This document shows, piece by piece, positions 31,530 through 42,469 of a stretch of DNA of 64,000 nt. Every line of letters begins with the position of its first letter. Within the stretch, counting starts at the first letter, position 1. The DNA comes from Cyanidioschyzon merolae (lineage: Eukaryota): the NCBI GenBank assembly GCA_000091205.1, contig AP006502.2; one strand, written 5' to 3'. The notes beneath the pieces were generated by a model, which worked only from the letters and a program-made list of their open reading frames with translations, searched no databases and was not told where the DNA came from. Both the position numbers and the translations under genes were made by a program.

Positions 31530-32319
31530 GGGATGAGCTGGGATAACCAGAGGGGTTTTCTTCTCCGGTTGTAGCAGCGCACGTGCATGGCGACGCATGC
31601 GAATGCCCTGGTTCTTGTCTGGGAAGCGTACACGTCGGGCGCCCAGCGCTGCACTCGGTAGATTCGCAAGTCGTTTGGGCAACTTTTCATCCATTGGGGG
31701 CGTACCACTCCAGAATTCCTTCGTTTACGGTCGTCGCGGGTGCGTCTAGGAACGTGGTGTGTGATAGCGTGGCCCACATATCCGCATCTGAACGCGAACC
31801 CTCTTGTGTGGCTGTTGGGGAGCGCTCCCGTTCTCGGTGGCGTGCGCGCTTCTTCGCAGCATCAGAGGCTGTCGATGTATTTGCGTCGCGGGCTGGGAAC
31901 GACTGCTCCTTACATCCGAAGCGCGTAGGCGTGGCATCTTTAGAGGAGCACTCACAGGTTTTCAACTGCGAGTCCTAGTCTCGAGAAGAGACGCGATAGC
32001 CGTCCAGAGAGGCTACGCTTCAGCGATCCCCGGTGATCATGTGTCCGTTGCTCTCTCTCTATTTGCGGTTTCGCATTGATGTGCGTTTGTGTGTATGTGT
32101 ATCCCAATCGATCTTGTTCGGATGGTACGGCAGCAATACCACCATCATCATCGCCATCACCGCCAGCCGCAACAACAGCAGCAACGTTCCGCGACGCTTC
32201 CTCGCAGCAGCGTCCTATGCAGAGCCATCCCCGCGAAACAAAGCACCGACCGTTGTGATCCCGAGCTTACCACAGCCGACTACGGAAGCGCAAACAACAA
32301 GACGTGTCCAGCGCTATAC

Positions 32320-33831
32320 CTATTGGGAGCTGCTCAATTTCACCTGAAGCTTCACTAGGTTGCGTGGATCGTTTCCCCGAATGACCTCCAGAGTCACAAC
32401 CTGGCCCGGTTTCTTCTCCTCGAGGACGCGGAACAGGTCTGCTTCGTTTCGGATCCGCTCACCGTCAAGACCGACAATAATATCACCGAGCTCCAACTGA
32501 CCAAACGTGGAGCGACGCGTACCCTGGAGACCCGCTTTTGCGGCTTCGCTCCCTTGAGGAACGTCGAGAACAAGAACGCCCTCATTAATACCTAGAATCT
32601 GCGCTTGGCTGCTCTCCAGGTACGAGATGCCTATCATCGGACGCGTTACCTTGCCGTATTTAATCAGGGTGTCTACCACTGTCTTCAGGGTATCGATGGG
32701 AATGGCGAATCCCACACCAGCACTTGCGCCGCTCGGTGAGTAGATGGCTGTGGTCATGCCGATGACACGTCCTTGCGAGTCGAGAAGCGGTCCACCCGAA
32801 TTACCCGGATTGATGGCGCTGTCGGTCTGTAGCACGTTCGTGATCGGTCGCCCAGTGGGTGAACGTATTTCCCGCCCCAGACCACTTATGATGCCTTGCG
32901 TCATTGTCTCATTGAGTCCAAAAGGATTCCCGATTGCGTACGCTCGCTGACCTACATGTAATCCCGCCGAAGAGCCCAGGGTAACCGGACGAAGCGTCTC
33001 CGTTGGAGCGTCTATCTTGAGAACGGCCACGTCCTTGTCGGCATCGTAGCCCACCAGACGAGCCGGGTAGGTTTTCCCGTCGGCCATGGTCACCCGCGCA
33101 GCCTCCGCTTGGCGCACAACGTGAAAGTTGGTCACCACGTGACCGTCTTTGTCCCAGATAAAGCCTGAGCCGTTCCCAGACGGGACCTCCATGATATTCA
33201 AGGAGGAAAAGTCGCGTCGCTCGATCAACGTGGTGACCAGTACCACCGAGTCCCGGTTCCTTTCGAAAAGCGCAACTGTGGCTTTTTCCTCAGGACTCAG
33301 GTCGCTTTCCGTATACGTCGCTGACTGCGTTGCCGCGACCGCCTCAGTCACTGGAAGCACATAGTTCGGGGCACTGGGCAGCGAGAGCGCCGACACTGCA
33401 CTGTGATCGCCAGGTGCAACGCACCATAGGGCAGCACCAAGGAGACTCGCAAAAGTCCGACCCAAGCCTCGGCTCAGACAAGTTGAGCTCAAAGCGCGCA
33501 GGTGCTTCTGACTCGCTCTTAGTTTCCGAATCCCGGGCACTGTATCAGCAGTAGCAGTAGCAGTAGCACCAGCCGCAGCAGCACTCGTACCTGTCCGACC
33601 AGCTACACTCCCGCAGCGCAGCCTCGACATGAGGAAGCGACGAGGCAAAGCTCGCAGCTGCCACTGCTCCCGCACCACCGGCAACAGAAACCCCACGTTA
33701 AAAGCGTTGCTCGGGTTTCCTGAAGGTAACGTCTCGCGCTCCATAATACGCTGGGGTACGTCCGTATGCCAAGTGCAGGCACCGGATCGCCATGCAGTCA
33801 TCCATTCATCCATCTTGATCCCGATGCGCAT
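32320..33831 (-). CDS. HtrA/DegP-family serine protease (trypsin domain plus PDZ; plastid Deg1-like)
   Basis: 503-aa ORF. 'SPEEKATVALFERNRDSVVLV' matches the Deg N-terminal motif. The catalytic His is in 'GHVVTNFHVV' and the catalytic Ser in 'GNSGGPLLDSQGRVIGMTTAIYS'. A PDZ-like C-terminus 'KPGQVVTLEVIRGN' is present. The N-terminus is long, Ala-rich and targeting-like. Confidence 0.85.
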   Translation of the reverse strand: MRIGIKMDEWMTAWRSGACTWHTDVPQRIMERETLPSGNPSNAFNVGFLLPVVREQWQLRALPRRFLMSRLRCGSVAGRTGTSAAAAGATATATADTVPGIRKLRASQKHLRALSSTCLSRGLGRTFASLLGAALWCVAPGDHSAVSALSLPSAPNYVLPVTEAVAATQSATYTESDLSPEEKATVALFERNRDSVVLVTTLIERRDFSSLNIMEVPSGNGSGFIWDKDGHVVTNFHVVRQAEAARVTMADGKTYPARLVGYDADKDVAVLKIDAPTETLRPVTLGSSAGLHVGQRAYAIGNPFGLNETMTQGIISGLGREIRSPTGRPITNVLQTDSAINPGNSGGPLLDSQGRVIGMTTAIYSPSGASAGVGFAIPIDTLKTVVDTLIKYGKVTRPMIGISYLESSQAQILGINEGVLVLDVPQGSEAAKAGLQGTRRSTFGQLELGDIIVGLDGERIRNEADLFRVLEEKKPGQVVTLEVIRGNDPRNLVKLQVKLSSSQ

Positions 33832-34180
33832 TCAGATTCCGGGCGCGTTCGACGGCCCTCTGCTCGAGCGCGCGCAGAGGCACCTACTTCAGAAGCGGGG
33901 CCTGCGTCTAGGCGTCGCTTCGACCCGATGATTCCTTTGTGTTGAATGGGATTTTATATGGACCAGGGATCCCAGATTACGGGATGGGTATTGGCATTCG
34001 GGAAAGCGTCCATCACGCCCCAGCACACTGTCACGTTGCATCAACAAAGACGCCGACTGCTTCGTTTCGGAGCTAGATACAGGATGCATCGGCATCGACG
34101 GGTGATCATCGACATCCGTGAGCGCGTCCTGTGCGCTGCACTGTGCGTTGAAGATCCGCGACCACCAATGACGATAACGA

Positions 34181-35329
34181 ATGTTTGCGCTCGTAGACTC
34201 ATGCGGTGTGTGCGTACGTGTAGGTGTGTGTGTGTGTGTATGTGTGTGTGGGTGTACGCAGATGCATCACCAGCCGAGACTCGGTGGTAAACGAATCGGC
34301 ACTGGGAGCGTTTCCGGATCCCGCGCCTCCAAGTGCACCAGCACGCCGATCAGGGGCCAGTCCAACGGACTCGAGTCTCTGGTGGAGCACCGTGGTCGTT
34401 TCCGTAACTACCGATCGCCATCGCCAATATTCAGGAGATATCGATTTGATCCATGGATTGCATCAAATGCGTTTCGCGAGTCCACGGCGGGTGTGGATAC
34501 GGGGCAGTGCTGTGGCAGCGCGAGGGCGGCGACGCTGGCTGCCCGAGGATCCCCAATCATCGCTTCAGCGTTCGCTGCGCGTAAACGATGGATGGATGAA
34601 CAATGCTGTCAGATTCGTTGCTGTTGGTGTTCTTGGGTACTCATGCAACGTTTGCAGGCAAGGGAAATGATGGCAATCGAGCGTTCAGGTTGTAGCCGCG
34701 AACACACAGCGTTTGTACCAACTTTCTTGAAACCGAATTTCTCAACCTGCGTGCGTTCCAGAACGTGGAGTCTCACAGCTGAACGCGTGACTCGACAGGC
34801 ACGTTGCCCGGCCGGTGTACTTCCCGTCAAAAAACTGGGGCTTCGCTGTACACTGACAAAGTTCGAGCCCTTCACAGTCCGACCGAGTCTGAAGTTGCCG
34901 GTTACGGTTTTGGGGATTGCGGGTGTGCTCGCTGGGGCCGGTGGAGGTGCCGGCAAGGTTTTCGCTGTCCCTGTCGGCCTTCTTGGTGTTTTCCTTGTCG
35001 TGAACGCCGGCTTTCTGCTGAGGTTCCGTTTTGGGCCCGATGCGATAGAGGTCTGGAAACGGGGTGCAGCCGACTCCGTACAACCAACGGCTGGTGACGA
35101 TGCCGCGCTTCGGGGCTATCGTTACGTCCGCGGCTGGCACTACGACCGCATCGAATACTGGAAACTGTGGTGGCCGCGCTTTCCGGTATTGTTTTATTTT
35201 CGAGAATCGGAAAGTTACGATGGACGCGGGAGCATTCATTTTCTACCGGTCGTTTTCGACGCCCAACAGTGGTTGCGGGGCTTCTCGGAGCGCACGCAAC
35301 GAAAAGACTCGGGGCGTTTTCGGTACTGA
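34181..35329 (+). CDS. Membrane protein resembling the cyanobacterial/plastid DUF3119 family; true start probably the ATG at 34667
   Basis: The C-terminal half has two hydrophobic helices 'LPVTVLGIAGVLAGAGG...VPVGLLGVFLVVNAGFLL', then 'IEVWKRG...YWKLWWPRFPVLFYFRESESYDGRGSIHFLPVVFDAQQWL'. This matches my recollection of the DUF3119 signature (W..FPILVYFKE....G..HFFPiifD..QL). The 5' part of the track ORF overlaps a (GT)n microsatellite and is probably not coding. Confidence 0.45.
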   Translation: MFALVDSCGVCVRVGVCVCVCVCGCTQMHHQPRLGGKRIGTGSVSGSRASKCTSTPIRGQSNGLESLVEHRGRFRNYRSPSPIFRRYRFDPWIASNAFRESTAGVDTGQCCGSARAATLAARGSPIIASAFAARKRWMDEQCCQIRCCWCSWVLMQRLQAREMMAIERSGCSREHTAFVPTFLKPNFSTCVRSRTWSLTAERVTRQARCPAGVLPVKKLGLRCTLTKFEPFTVRPSLKLPVTVLGIAGVLAGAGGGAGKVFAVPVGLLGVFLVVNAGFLLRFRFGPDAIEVWKRGAADSVQPTAGDDAALRGYRYVRGWHYDRIEYWKLWWPRFPVLFYFRESESYDGRGSIHFLPVVFDAQQWLRGFSERTQRKDSGRFRY

Positions 35330-36377
35330 GCATGCGGTATACATGGAGTCGTGCCGCCAACGCGTCTGCGCCTCGTTGTCATGCTTGCACATATGCATCA
35401 GGTTGAGGGCTGGTCGTCCGCGCTAGTGCAGTGCGAACAGCGCGAACCGGCACGCTGCTCACTGTACACGAAGTGATAGCATCGATGGGTGCTCTGCAGA
35501 TGCATCAGCGGTGCATTTGCCCAGGCGTCGGGATACGTTGCGCTCAGCATCGCTGGTGTCGAAGATCACCCAAGCGTCTCCCCGAAAGCAGTGTTTCATC
35601 TGCGGACTTTTTGTTTGGAGTGCCGTTGCTTCTCAACGCTTGTCAAGGTGAGTTGTATAAAGATCACGGGAATCACGTGTTCTGATTGTAAACAGATCCA
35701 GAATAACAAACGCAGACTTATCACTAGCGCTATAGACGTCCTGTGCACGCCTGAGCGTACGAAGCGCACGCGATTCGTAGAAGCAGCGTCCGTGCTTTGC
35801 AACGCTAGGGCATCCTGAGCGCGTGTACACCCATAGAGGCATGCCTCTATGCAATTGTACACAGCATACATACATACACGAACGTCGCTTTGCGCTGTCG
35901 ACGCGAACGATGCATTGTGACGTACGCCGAAGTGTATGTGTGTGTCTAAACGTCTGTATATGTATGTATGTTTGTACGAGAATTGCGTGCACTTGATAAA
36001 CAGCGCGGTACAGGCGGATGTGTTGCATCCGCTGGCATCAGCTGAGGAGGTCACCGCCCCAGCACGTGATCTACCCATGGACGCCGCGTGGAAAGGCCCG
36101 TGCAATGCTAGTGCAACCTGAGCGTTCTCTTACAGGGGCACAGCATATACACCACCCGGGGTCCGCCAGATACGCATCCAGCGTTCCTGGAAGAGGGCGC
36201 ATGCGCGTTGCGCGAAGACCTTATCGAGACGGGGTTTTCCCTTTTGTGCCAGTCGGAAAATCCGAGAGTCGTTGACCAAAAAACATCTCCTGGCGACAGC
36301 AGCGGATACGTCAGGCATATCCAGCGTACGCTTCACCCGTCAGCGATATCAAGTGCTGCACCAGGTATACCGCAGCG

Positions 36378-37985
36378 TTGGCACCTCTGCAGCCGCCTTT
36401 CAGGCGATACATAGAACGCGTCCCTGTGGCAAGGCGCCGGAGCGCGATACGCGAAGCGATATTGCATTTCCAGGCTTATCCGGAGATCGACTTTGGAGCA
36501 CGCGGGACTGCGGATCAGTTGACTGGTTGGGTTTTGGGGCTGGTTGTTGGATTCCATTCTCCACGGCGTTGTGCCCAGGGTGCAGTGCACGTGCTGGCGG
36601 TAGCGCCCAGGCGTTCCCTGCTTGGTCCGACGTGGCAGGCGTCGCACTCGCTGCACCGCTGCCTGCGAGAACGCACGGACGTGTCGCTCCCGAACATGGG
36701 ACAGTGCCTGAGCTGCACCCGAGCTAGGGGTCACCGCCGTGCTAACTTTGCCCCGACGGTAGCGGCAGACGGTACATCGACCGGCACGGGGGAGCAGGAG
36801 GAACCAGAGGAGGAGGAAGAGGCCGAGTCGCTCCTTTTCCCTCGCTTCAGTCGGGCAAAGGTGGACACTGAGAGCGTTGCACGCTTGCTTGATGACTCCA
36901 AGGCGGACGCAAAGGCTCGTATGGAACAGAGCCTGAAAACAGAGAGCAAGCGCGAGCGTTCCTCTACCCACAGCTCGTACACAGACGCGCAAGAAGAGTC
37001 GCAGGGGTCGTTTCGTCTCTCGAGAAGCACAAGCCGCTCCTTTTCGACGTCATCCGAAGTTGATGCCCTCAAGAGCACGCTCGCTGACCTGGAGGAACAG
37101 GTGAGCGTGGTCGAGTCTGAGGACGATGCCATTGAACTGCTCTGTCATATGGCGGATCTGCGACGAGAGATGCAGATCGTCGCAGCGCTCCGACACCCGC
37201 ATCGCGCCCAGAAGATTCACAGTTTGCTCATTCGTCTGGAATCCTTGATTCATCGCTTGCAGGCGTACGTGCTGCGGAGTCCTTCTCCTGATGGCTTTCG
37301 TCGAGTCCGTGAAAGCAGCCGAGGCGTCCTCTTCCAGCGCGGTGCTGCAGCTCGAGTGCGGCCAGTCACAGAAAGGGAACGTCACGCTTTACCCCATCGG
37401 TATCTGAGTTTCAACAGCGCCACTTTTTACGATTCGGGGGCCGTTCTTAAGAGGGAATCAACGGTGCGAGACCAGTCGGGGCAGCTGCGTATCGATCCAA
37501 CGCGTGGTGACGGCCGTTGCCTCTTCCGTTCGGTAGTACGGGGTCTTGCATTCTACGCAGGCCTCTACCCCGGGTCGAAATGGTCGGAACGACGTGAACG
37601 GCGCGAAGCAGATATCTTGCGATATCTCTGCGTACGAGAGATGCGAAAGCATCGAGACCTGTTTCTGAGAGACCAGGTCGTTGAAGAAGACTTTGATGAA
37701 CATCTGCGACGCCTCGTGCACAGTGATGAGTTCGCTGGCGAACCCGAGTTGCTCATTCTGGGACCGCTCTTACAGACACCAATCTGTGTCTATATGAGCA
37801 CGGGAGATCAAGCGGACGCCAATGCTGCTAGAAGCTCGTCCAATGAACGGACCAAGTCGAGTGATCTATTTCTGGTTGCCGTCTATGGTCGCAGTTTCAT
37901 CGCTGAACCTGTGAGTTTGCGGTATCAATCGATGCATTATGATCTGCTGCTTCCGCGAAGCGATCATGAACTCGGGAAAACTTAG
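36378..37985 (+). CDS. OTU-domain cysteine protease (deubiquitinase-like); probable true start at 36697 (MGQCLSC)
   Basis: The C-terminal region 'IDPTRGDGRCLFRSVVRGLAF' carries the OTU catalytic Cys motif (DGNCLFRA), and 'SMHYDLL' is the OTU His motif. An internal in-frame 'MGQCLSC' at 36697 is a classic Gly2 myristoylation / Cys palmitoylation start. The acidic tract 'EEPEEEEEAE' and a coiled-coil lie between. Confidence 0.65.
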   Translation: MAPLQPPFRRYIERVPVARRRSAIREAILHFQAYPEIDFGARGTADQLTGWVLGLVVGFHSPRRCAQGAVHVLAVAPRRSLLGPTWQASHSLHRCLRERTDVSLPNMGQCLSCTRARGHRRANFAPTVAADGTSTGTGEQEEPEEEEEAESLLFPRFSRAKVDTESVARLLDDSKADAKARMEQSLKTESKRERSSTHSSYTDAQEESQGSFRLSRSTSRSFSTSSEVDALKSTLADLEEQVSVVESEDDAIELLCHMADLRREMQIVAALRHPHRAQKIHSLLIRLESLIHRLQAYVLRSPSPDGFRRVRESSRGVLFQRGAAARVRPVTERERHALPHRYLSFNSATFYDSGAVLKRESTVRDQSGQLRIDPTRGDGRCLFRSVVRGLAFYAGLYPGSKWSERRERREADILRYLCVREMRKHRDLFLRDQVVEEDFDEHLRRLVHSDEFAGEPELLILGPLLQTPICVYMSTGDQADANAARSSSNERTKSSDLFLVAVYGRSFIAEPVSLRYQSMHYDLLLPRSDHELGKT

Positions 37986-38295
37986 ACTCGCAAGAGCGCG
38001 ACTGCTGCGCAACGTTCGTGCTTGCAAGGTAGTTGCAGGCGCGGGACGAAGCCGCTAGACTCGTCCGCAAAAGCGCGGCAAAGCGCGGTTTTCATCGGTT
38101 TGTGCGTTGCGCCTTGCACGTTTCGTTGCGAGGGATGCTCAGCGACTTACAGGAAAGGATTTTTCCGAAACCCTGTAAGCAATCAGCAATGAAAAGCGTG
38201 GGGTTTAGGCGCCAGCGTGCATACGTCAGCGCTTTGCGATCAGTGGCACGGCGTTTATCCAAGACACCAGATGAGGTCGGGAAATCAGATTCTCA

Positions 38296-40989
38296 TCAAG
38301 ACATAAGCCACTGGGATACGCATTCCTCAAGCACTCGAGCTGCTCGCTGGATTGCCGCTGCAGTAGCCGCCAGGCCCTGCGAAGCATTTGTCGCCGTCGA
38401 GCCGTACAAGAACGGAAACGCAACCGCGCTGTAGCCCTTGTCGGGATGCGGTGCAACGGCTGTGTGGCGATACCAAGAACGACCAGGAATACCGTCCGAG
38501 TGGATGAGTGCGCGTTCCACGTTCATGAGCGCCTGGTTCAGCGCTGCGTACTTGGCAACGTCCCGGTCCAGGAGGCGACGACTAGCGCGGTCCGAAAGCG
38601 CCGCACGACACTCGCGCAGTGCCCAGCATTGCGCAACCGTGAGCATCCGCTGTGCCGAAAACCTCTGCGCAGCGCCTGCGAATGCATCCATCGCTGGCTG
38701 CAGTTGCTGCTGCACGACACTGAGAAGGTCTGGGCGGCTTGTCTCTAGCAGCCGCAGATGATAGCGCAACCAGTGTGCGTAGTCTGTGACATTCATCGGC
38801 AGCAGAGGCGCATCGACCAGATCCAAGAGCAGCGTGCTCACCAGCTGCGTCGCAACAAGATGCAGTCGGAAATCCGGATCCGTGAAGCCAAGGAAGTACG
38901 CTTCGTCGTCGTAGATTGAGTGGTACACTGGATACGACGGGTGATCAAGCTCATCGAAACCGATGTCGAGGCTGCTGACCCCCGCATGGTGCAGAAAAGC
39001 GGTATGATCGCTACCGCCTCCCAGAAGATCCAGGAGCGGTATCCAGTTCGCAGTCGCTGCCCGATTGTGCAGCGGACCTGGAGGCTCGTCTCGAAAGTCC
39101 GTACCAAGATGGGGCGCCTCGTTCGGCGAGCTTCGCTGAAGCGCTCGCTCCGAATCAATTGCCTGCTGTCGACGAGCTTTCCAGTCCTCTACCAAAGCCT
39201 TCGATGTGATTGGATCCGTGAGACCACGCATAGCCTGCTCAGCAGCCTGCGTGAGCAGCGGAGAACCCGCAAGACCCAGTCGAGCAGTAGAACCGCTCAC
39301 AATCACATCCGCGTTCACGTAGACGAGTGTGCGTCCCCGAATACGACTCTCTAGATTGGTTTCCACGTGTTCCACCGATCCAATGGTGCCCCATTCCTCG
39401 GCATCCCATGAGGCGAAAACTAGAGTTCTGCGTGGTCGCCATCCGCGTCGTAGAAGCGCTCCAAACGCTCGAACGCTTTCCATCTGCACCAGGGTGCCGG
39501 TATGCGGATCTACAGCGCCATAGATCCAGGCATCATGATGATTCCCAAAGACAATCTCTTTGTCACTCTCCAGGTCGCCATGCGCGCCCGGTATCACGCC
39601 AATGACGTTGTAAATCGGTTTCAACGCGTACTCGTGGACAACCTCAAGATCAAGACGCACGTCATCGTTTCCGCTGAGAACGTAGAGCTTCGAATCCAGG
39701 CCGCCGCGGAAGGCCTCCGGTGCCGTCATCAACGATACCAGGGTATCGTTCTTGGAACCGGCCCGCTGCCAAGACTCGTGCATGCGACGGAAGAGGATCT
39801 CAGCACCAGCAGCCGATATTGGTACCGAGGGAATCGAAGGCAGGCAAGACTCGCGCACAGCCGCCTCGTAGGTGCGTCGCGGGGCCGCCTCTGTCGACCC
39901 GTAGCCCGGTGTTGACGGATCCCCGACACAAAGTGCATTAAACTGGACAGAGCCGCGCTGGACGGCCTTTGCTGGCCGCCAGGGTCCGTCGGGATACGTC
40001 GACCCGCGTGCTGCCCCGTCATCCCCGGGGTCCGAGTAAATGAGCACGGCAGCTGCCTGCCGGACTTGTGCGTGGAATACTTTCAAACCGCGGAAGAGTT
40101 GCCCGTAGCGAACGAGTACGACCTTTCCCGAGACGTTGATCCCTCGGCGCTCCAGTTCCGCGTAGTCCTCTGGACGACCATAGTTCACGTAGACAATGGG
40201 CGCTGAGCGAACCTTTCCCGATGCAGCATAGCCGTGGAACGTGGTAGCGTTCGACACTGCCTCGGTCGCAGCGTCTCCGCGGATGCTCGGCTCGGTGAGA
40301 TCCATGATAGAGGTTTCCGGTGCGCTGGGGTCGGTTTCACTCCAGCGAATGACGAGATGAGATGGTTGACTGCCCAGGAGCACCTGAAACGTCTCTATCT
40401 GAGCCGGGATTCCCGCAGCAACCCACTCGTCGCGAATCAGCTCTGCAGTGCGCTTTGCGGCATGTGTTCCGCTCATATGCGGCTCGGACGTCAGCCGATG
40501 CAGCAAGTTTCGCATACGTTTCGGGTCCGGTGCACGCAGGAGCAACGCATGCCAGTATGGATGTCCCATGAACTGCGCTTTTTGCGACAACGCATCTGTG
40601 GGGGCGTCGGTCGGTACGCGCTCGCCACTTGAGCTCCAGCGCGATAACAGAAGGAGCACGAGCGACAACGCCAGCGCACCGAGCGCTGTGTACGCCCATA
40701 TTCGCCAGTGGTCTCGAATGCACCAGAAAACCCGGCTCTTTAACGACTCACGGAAGGGGTTCCCGCTCAAGCGACTCCGACGCTTGGGATGACGTACAGC
40801 GACAGCGCCGCGCTCTGTGCTGTCTTCTTCGTTCCGCCGAAAAAACGGGAGTCGATCCTGAACCACTTCCTCGTGCTCCGCGGACTCCACGTCCATAACA
40901 AAGTCATCAATGATCTGCTCATCGTCGCTGAGCTCTCCGAGTGTAGTCTGGAGCCCAGCGCTCTCCGTAGACGCACCCTCGGCAGGCAT
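38296..40989 (-). CDS. Glutamate carboxypeptidase II / transferrin-receptor-like M28 peptidase (type II membrane protein; plant AMP1-like)
   Basis: 897-aa ORF. N-terminal signal-anchor 'IWAYTALGALALSLVLLLLS'. PA-domain region present. M28 metal-binding core 'TLVFASWDAEEWGTIGSVEHV' (cf. GCPII ASWDAEEFGLLGSTEW) and 'GGGSDHTAFLHHAGVSSLDIGF'. A C-terminal TfR-like dimerisation region follows. Confidence 0.8.
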   Translation of the reverse strand: MPAEGASTESAGLQTTLGELSDDEQIIDDFVMDVESAEHEEVVQDRLPFFRRNEEDSTERGAVAVRHPKRRSRLSGNPFRESLKSRVFWCIRDHWRIWAYTALGALALSLVLLLLSRWSSSGERVPTDAPTDALSQKAQFMGHPYWHALLLRAPDPKRMRNLLHRLTSEPHMSGTHAAKRTAELIRDEWVAAGIPAQIETFQVLLGSQPSHLVIRWSETDPSAPETSIMDLTEPSIRGDAATEAVSNATTFHGYAASGKVRSAPIVYVNYGRPEDYAELERRGINVSGKVVLVRYGQLFRGLKVFHAQVRQAAAVLIYSDPGDDGAARGSTYPDGPWRPAKAVQRGSVQFNALCVGDPSTPGYGSTEAAPRRTYEAAVRESCLPSIPSVPISAAGAEILFRRMHESWQRAGSKNDTLVSLMTAPEAFRGGLDSKLYVLSGNDDVRLDLEVVHEYALKPIYNVIGVIPGAHGDLESDKEIVFGNHHDAWIYGAVDPHTGTLVQMESVRAFGALLRRGWRPRRTLVFASWDAEEWGTIGSVEHVETNLESRIRGRTLVYVNADVIVSGSTARLGLAGSPLLTQAAEQAMRGLTDPITSKALVEDWKARRQQAIDSERALQRSSPNEAPHLGTDFRDEPPGPLHNRAATANWIPLLDLLGGGSDHTAFLHHAGVSSLDIGFDELDHPSYPVYHSIYDDEAYFLGFTDPDFRLHLVATQLVSTLLLDLVDAPLLPMNVTDYAHWLRYHLRLLETSRPDLLSVVQQQLQPAMDAFAGAAQRFSAQRMLTVAQCWALRECRAALSDRASRRLLDRDVAKYAALNQALMNVERALIHSDGIPGRSWYRHTAVAPHPDKGYSAVAFPFLYGSTATNASQGLAATAAAIQRAARVLEECVSQWLMS

Positions 40990-41220
40990 GAACCAAGCCT
41001 ACACCAGACCCAACGTCGTACTGCACTCTAGTGGACTGTACTGTATTACACTGTACTGGACTGCCTTTTTAGGCGCTGTTGCGCTCGCCGATCGTGCCGG
41101 AAGAGAAGCAAACGCGGCAAGGGGTGCGCGTACTCACCAGCAGCCTAGCAGCGGATCGAATCGGTGGCACTGCTGGTAGCCGGTATCGTCCTCGATGTCG
41201 CTGCTTGTTACTGGTGTTCA

Positions 41221-41435
41221 GAGACAGGGCGTTTATTCCGTTGTGTTTCATGGCGTCGAGTCTATGCGTCGAGCTAGAGATGCATTGAATACGGGACGGG
41301 TCCTGATGTTCATAAACAGAGCGTTTATTCCGTTGCGTTTCATGGCGTCGAGTCTATGCGTCGAGCTAGAGATGCATTGAATACGGGACGGGTCCTGATG
41401 TTCAGGGATATTGCATTTATTCCGTTCATCCGGTC
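41221..41435. repeat. Tandem repeat, about 92-bp unit x 2.2
   Basis: 'cgtttattccgttg[t/c]gtttcatggcgtcgagtctatgcgtcgagctagagatgcattgaatacgggacgggtcctgatgttca' occurs at 41230-41312 and 41322-41404, with a partial third unit 'catttattccgttcatccgg' at 41415-41434. It lies in the intergenic region upstream of the GCPII-like gene. Confidence 0.9.
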
Positions 41436-42316
41436 ATTCTAGGGGTATCTTGAATCAATTCTAGATCACGGCACCAGACAAGAGAGTCTCCAAGGTGAAA
41501 CTCTTGCGTGATCCCGGGCGTGTAGACGTGTCCGCGCAGCAGCTCCTTCTACAATACCGCATCGAAGGACCAACTCTTCTGTTCGGATTTGTGGTGGTAT
41601 GAGCACACGAGTCACAGCATAAAAGACCGCTTCCGCTGCATAAAAAGATGGGACAGTTATCGTAGAATAAGTCCCGACGCTAGATCTATGTAAAAGTAAA
41701 CCCTGAAAGAGCTTCCGATTTACGTACTGAACTACCCACTTACGGGCTCTCCGACGAACGCACGCAACTTATTACCAACGGGTGCCTGGCCAGTGATTAT
41801 TCGGTCACGAGAGGACCTCTCTGGTGCTCATCTGGGCGTCATGCATATCCGTGAAGAACAGGTGCGTCAGGTTATCCGAGGCTACGAGATCAGTGCGCCT
41901 GAACAGGCGCCCTCGCGAAAACCGAGCGTGCTTATGGTAACACTGGAAGAGGCCAAGGCTCCTGCGCAAATGCTTCTAGGTTCCGAAAATGCAGCCCAAT
42001 CTTTGTCGTTCTAAGAGCGCTCGAGTGATGCAGGGCTCACGGGCACCGAACATGTCATGCGCGTTTGCGGCATATTGTACACCCAAGTCAGGAAAACATA
42101 GAAGAGCTCCACGCACTTACCGTGGACGTATGTATTGAGGTTTGGGCGGCTTAACACGCTTATCAACACCAACTGTTACAGGCTGGTTCTGTGACTGCTT
42201 CTTATTCTCTCTCTCTCTTGTATACAGCTTTGCATTTGCCAGTCTATCGTTTTCCATCAGCATCATTGCAACCAGTCGAGAGATGCTAATGGCAGCTATA
42301 AAGTCAAGATTGCACA

Positions 42317-42469
42317 AAATCTACCCAAGCACTGGACATGGCATGCTCGTAGGAAATACCCATACAGTATCCTTTAGTGCTAAATCTACCCAAGCACTGG
42401 ACAAGGCATGCTCCCTAGCAAAGACCCATACAGTAACCTTTAGTGCAAAATCTACCCAAGCGCAAATCC
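42317..42469. repeat. Tandem repeat, about 65-bp unit x 2.3
   Basis: 'aaatctacccaagcactggaca[t/a]ggcatgctc...cccatacagta[t/a]cctttagtgc' occurs at 42317-42381 and 42382-42447, with a partial third unit at 42448-42469. Confidence 0.9.

Noticed and set aside
41221-41435. Possible CRISPR array (regular direct repeats)
   Set aside because: It has only two to three 92-bp units, directly abutting, with no unique spacers. The context is eukaryotic and there are no cas genes. The 65-bp and 88-bp repeats at 42317-42469 and 53102-53270 have the same character.
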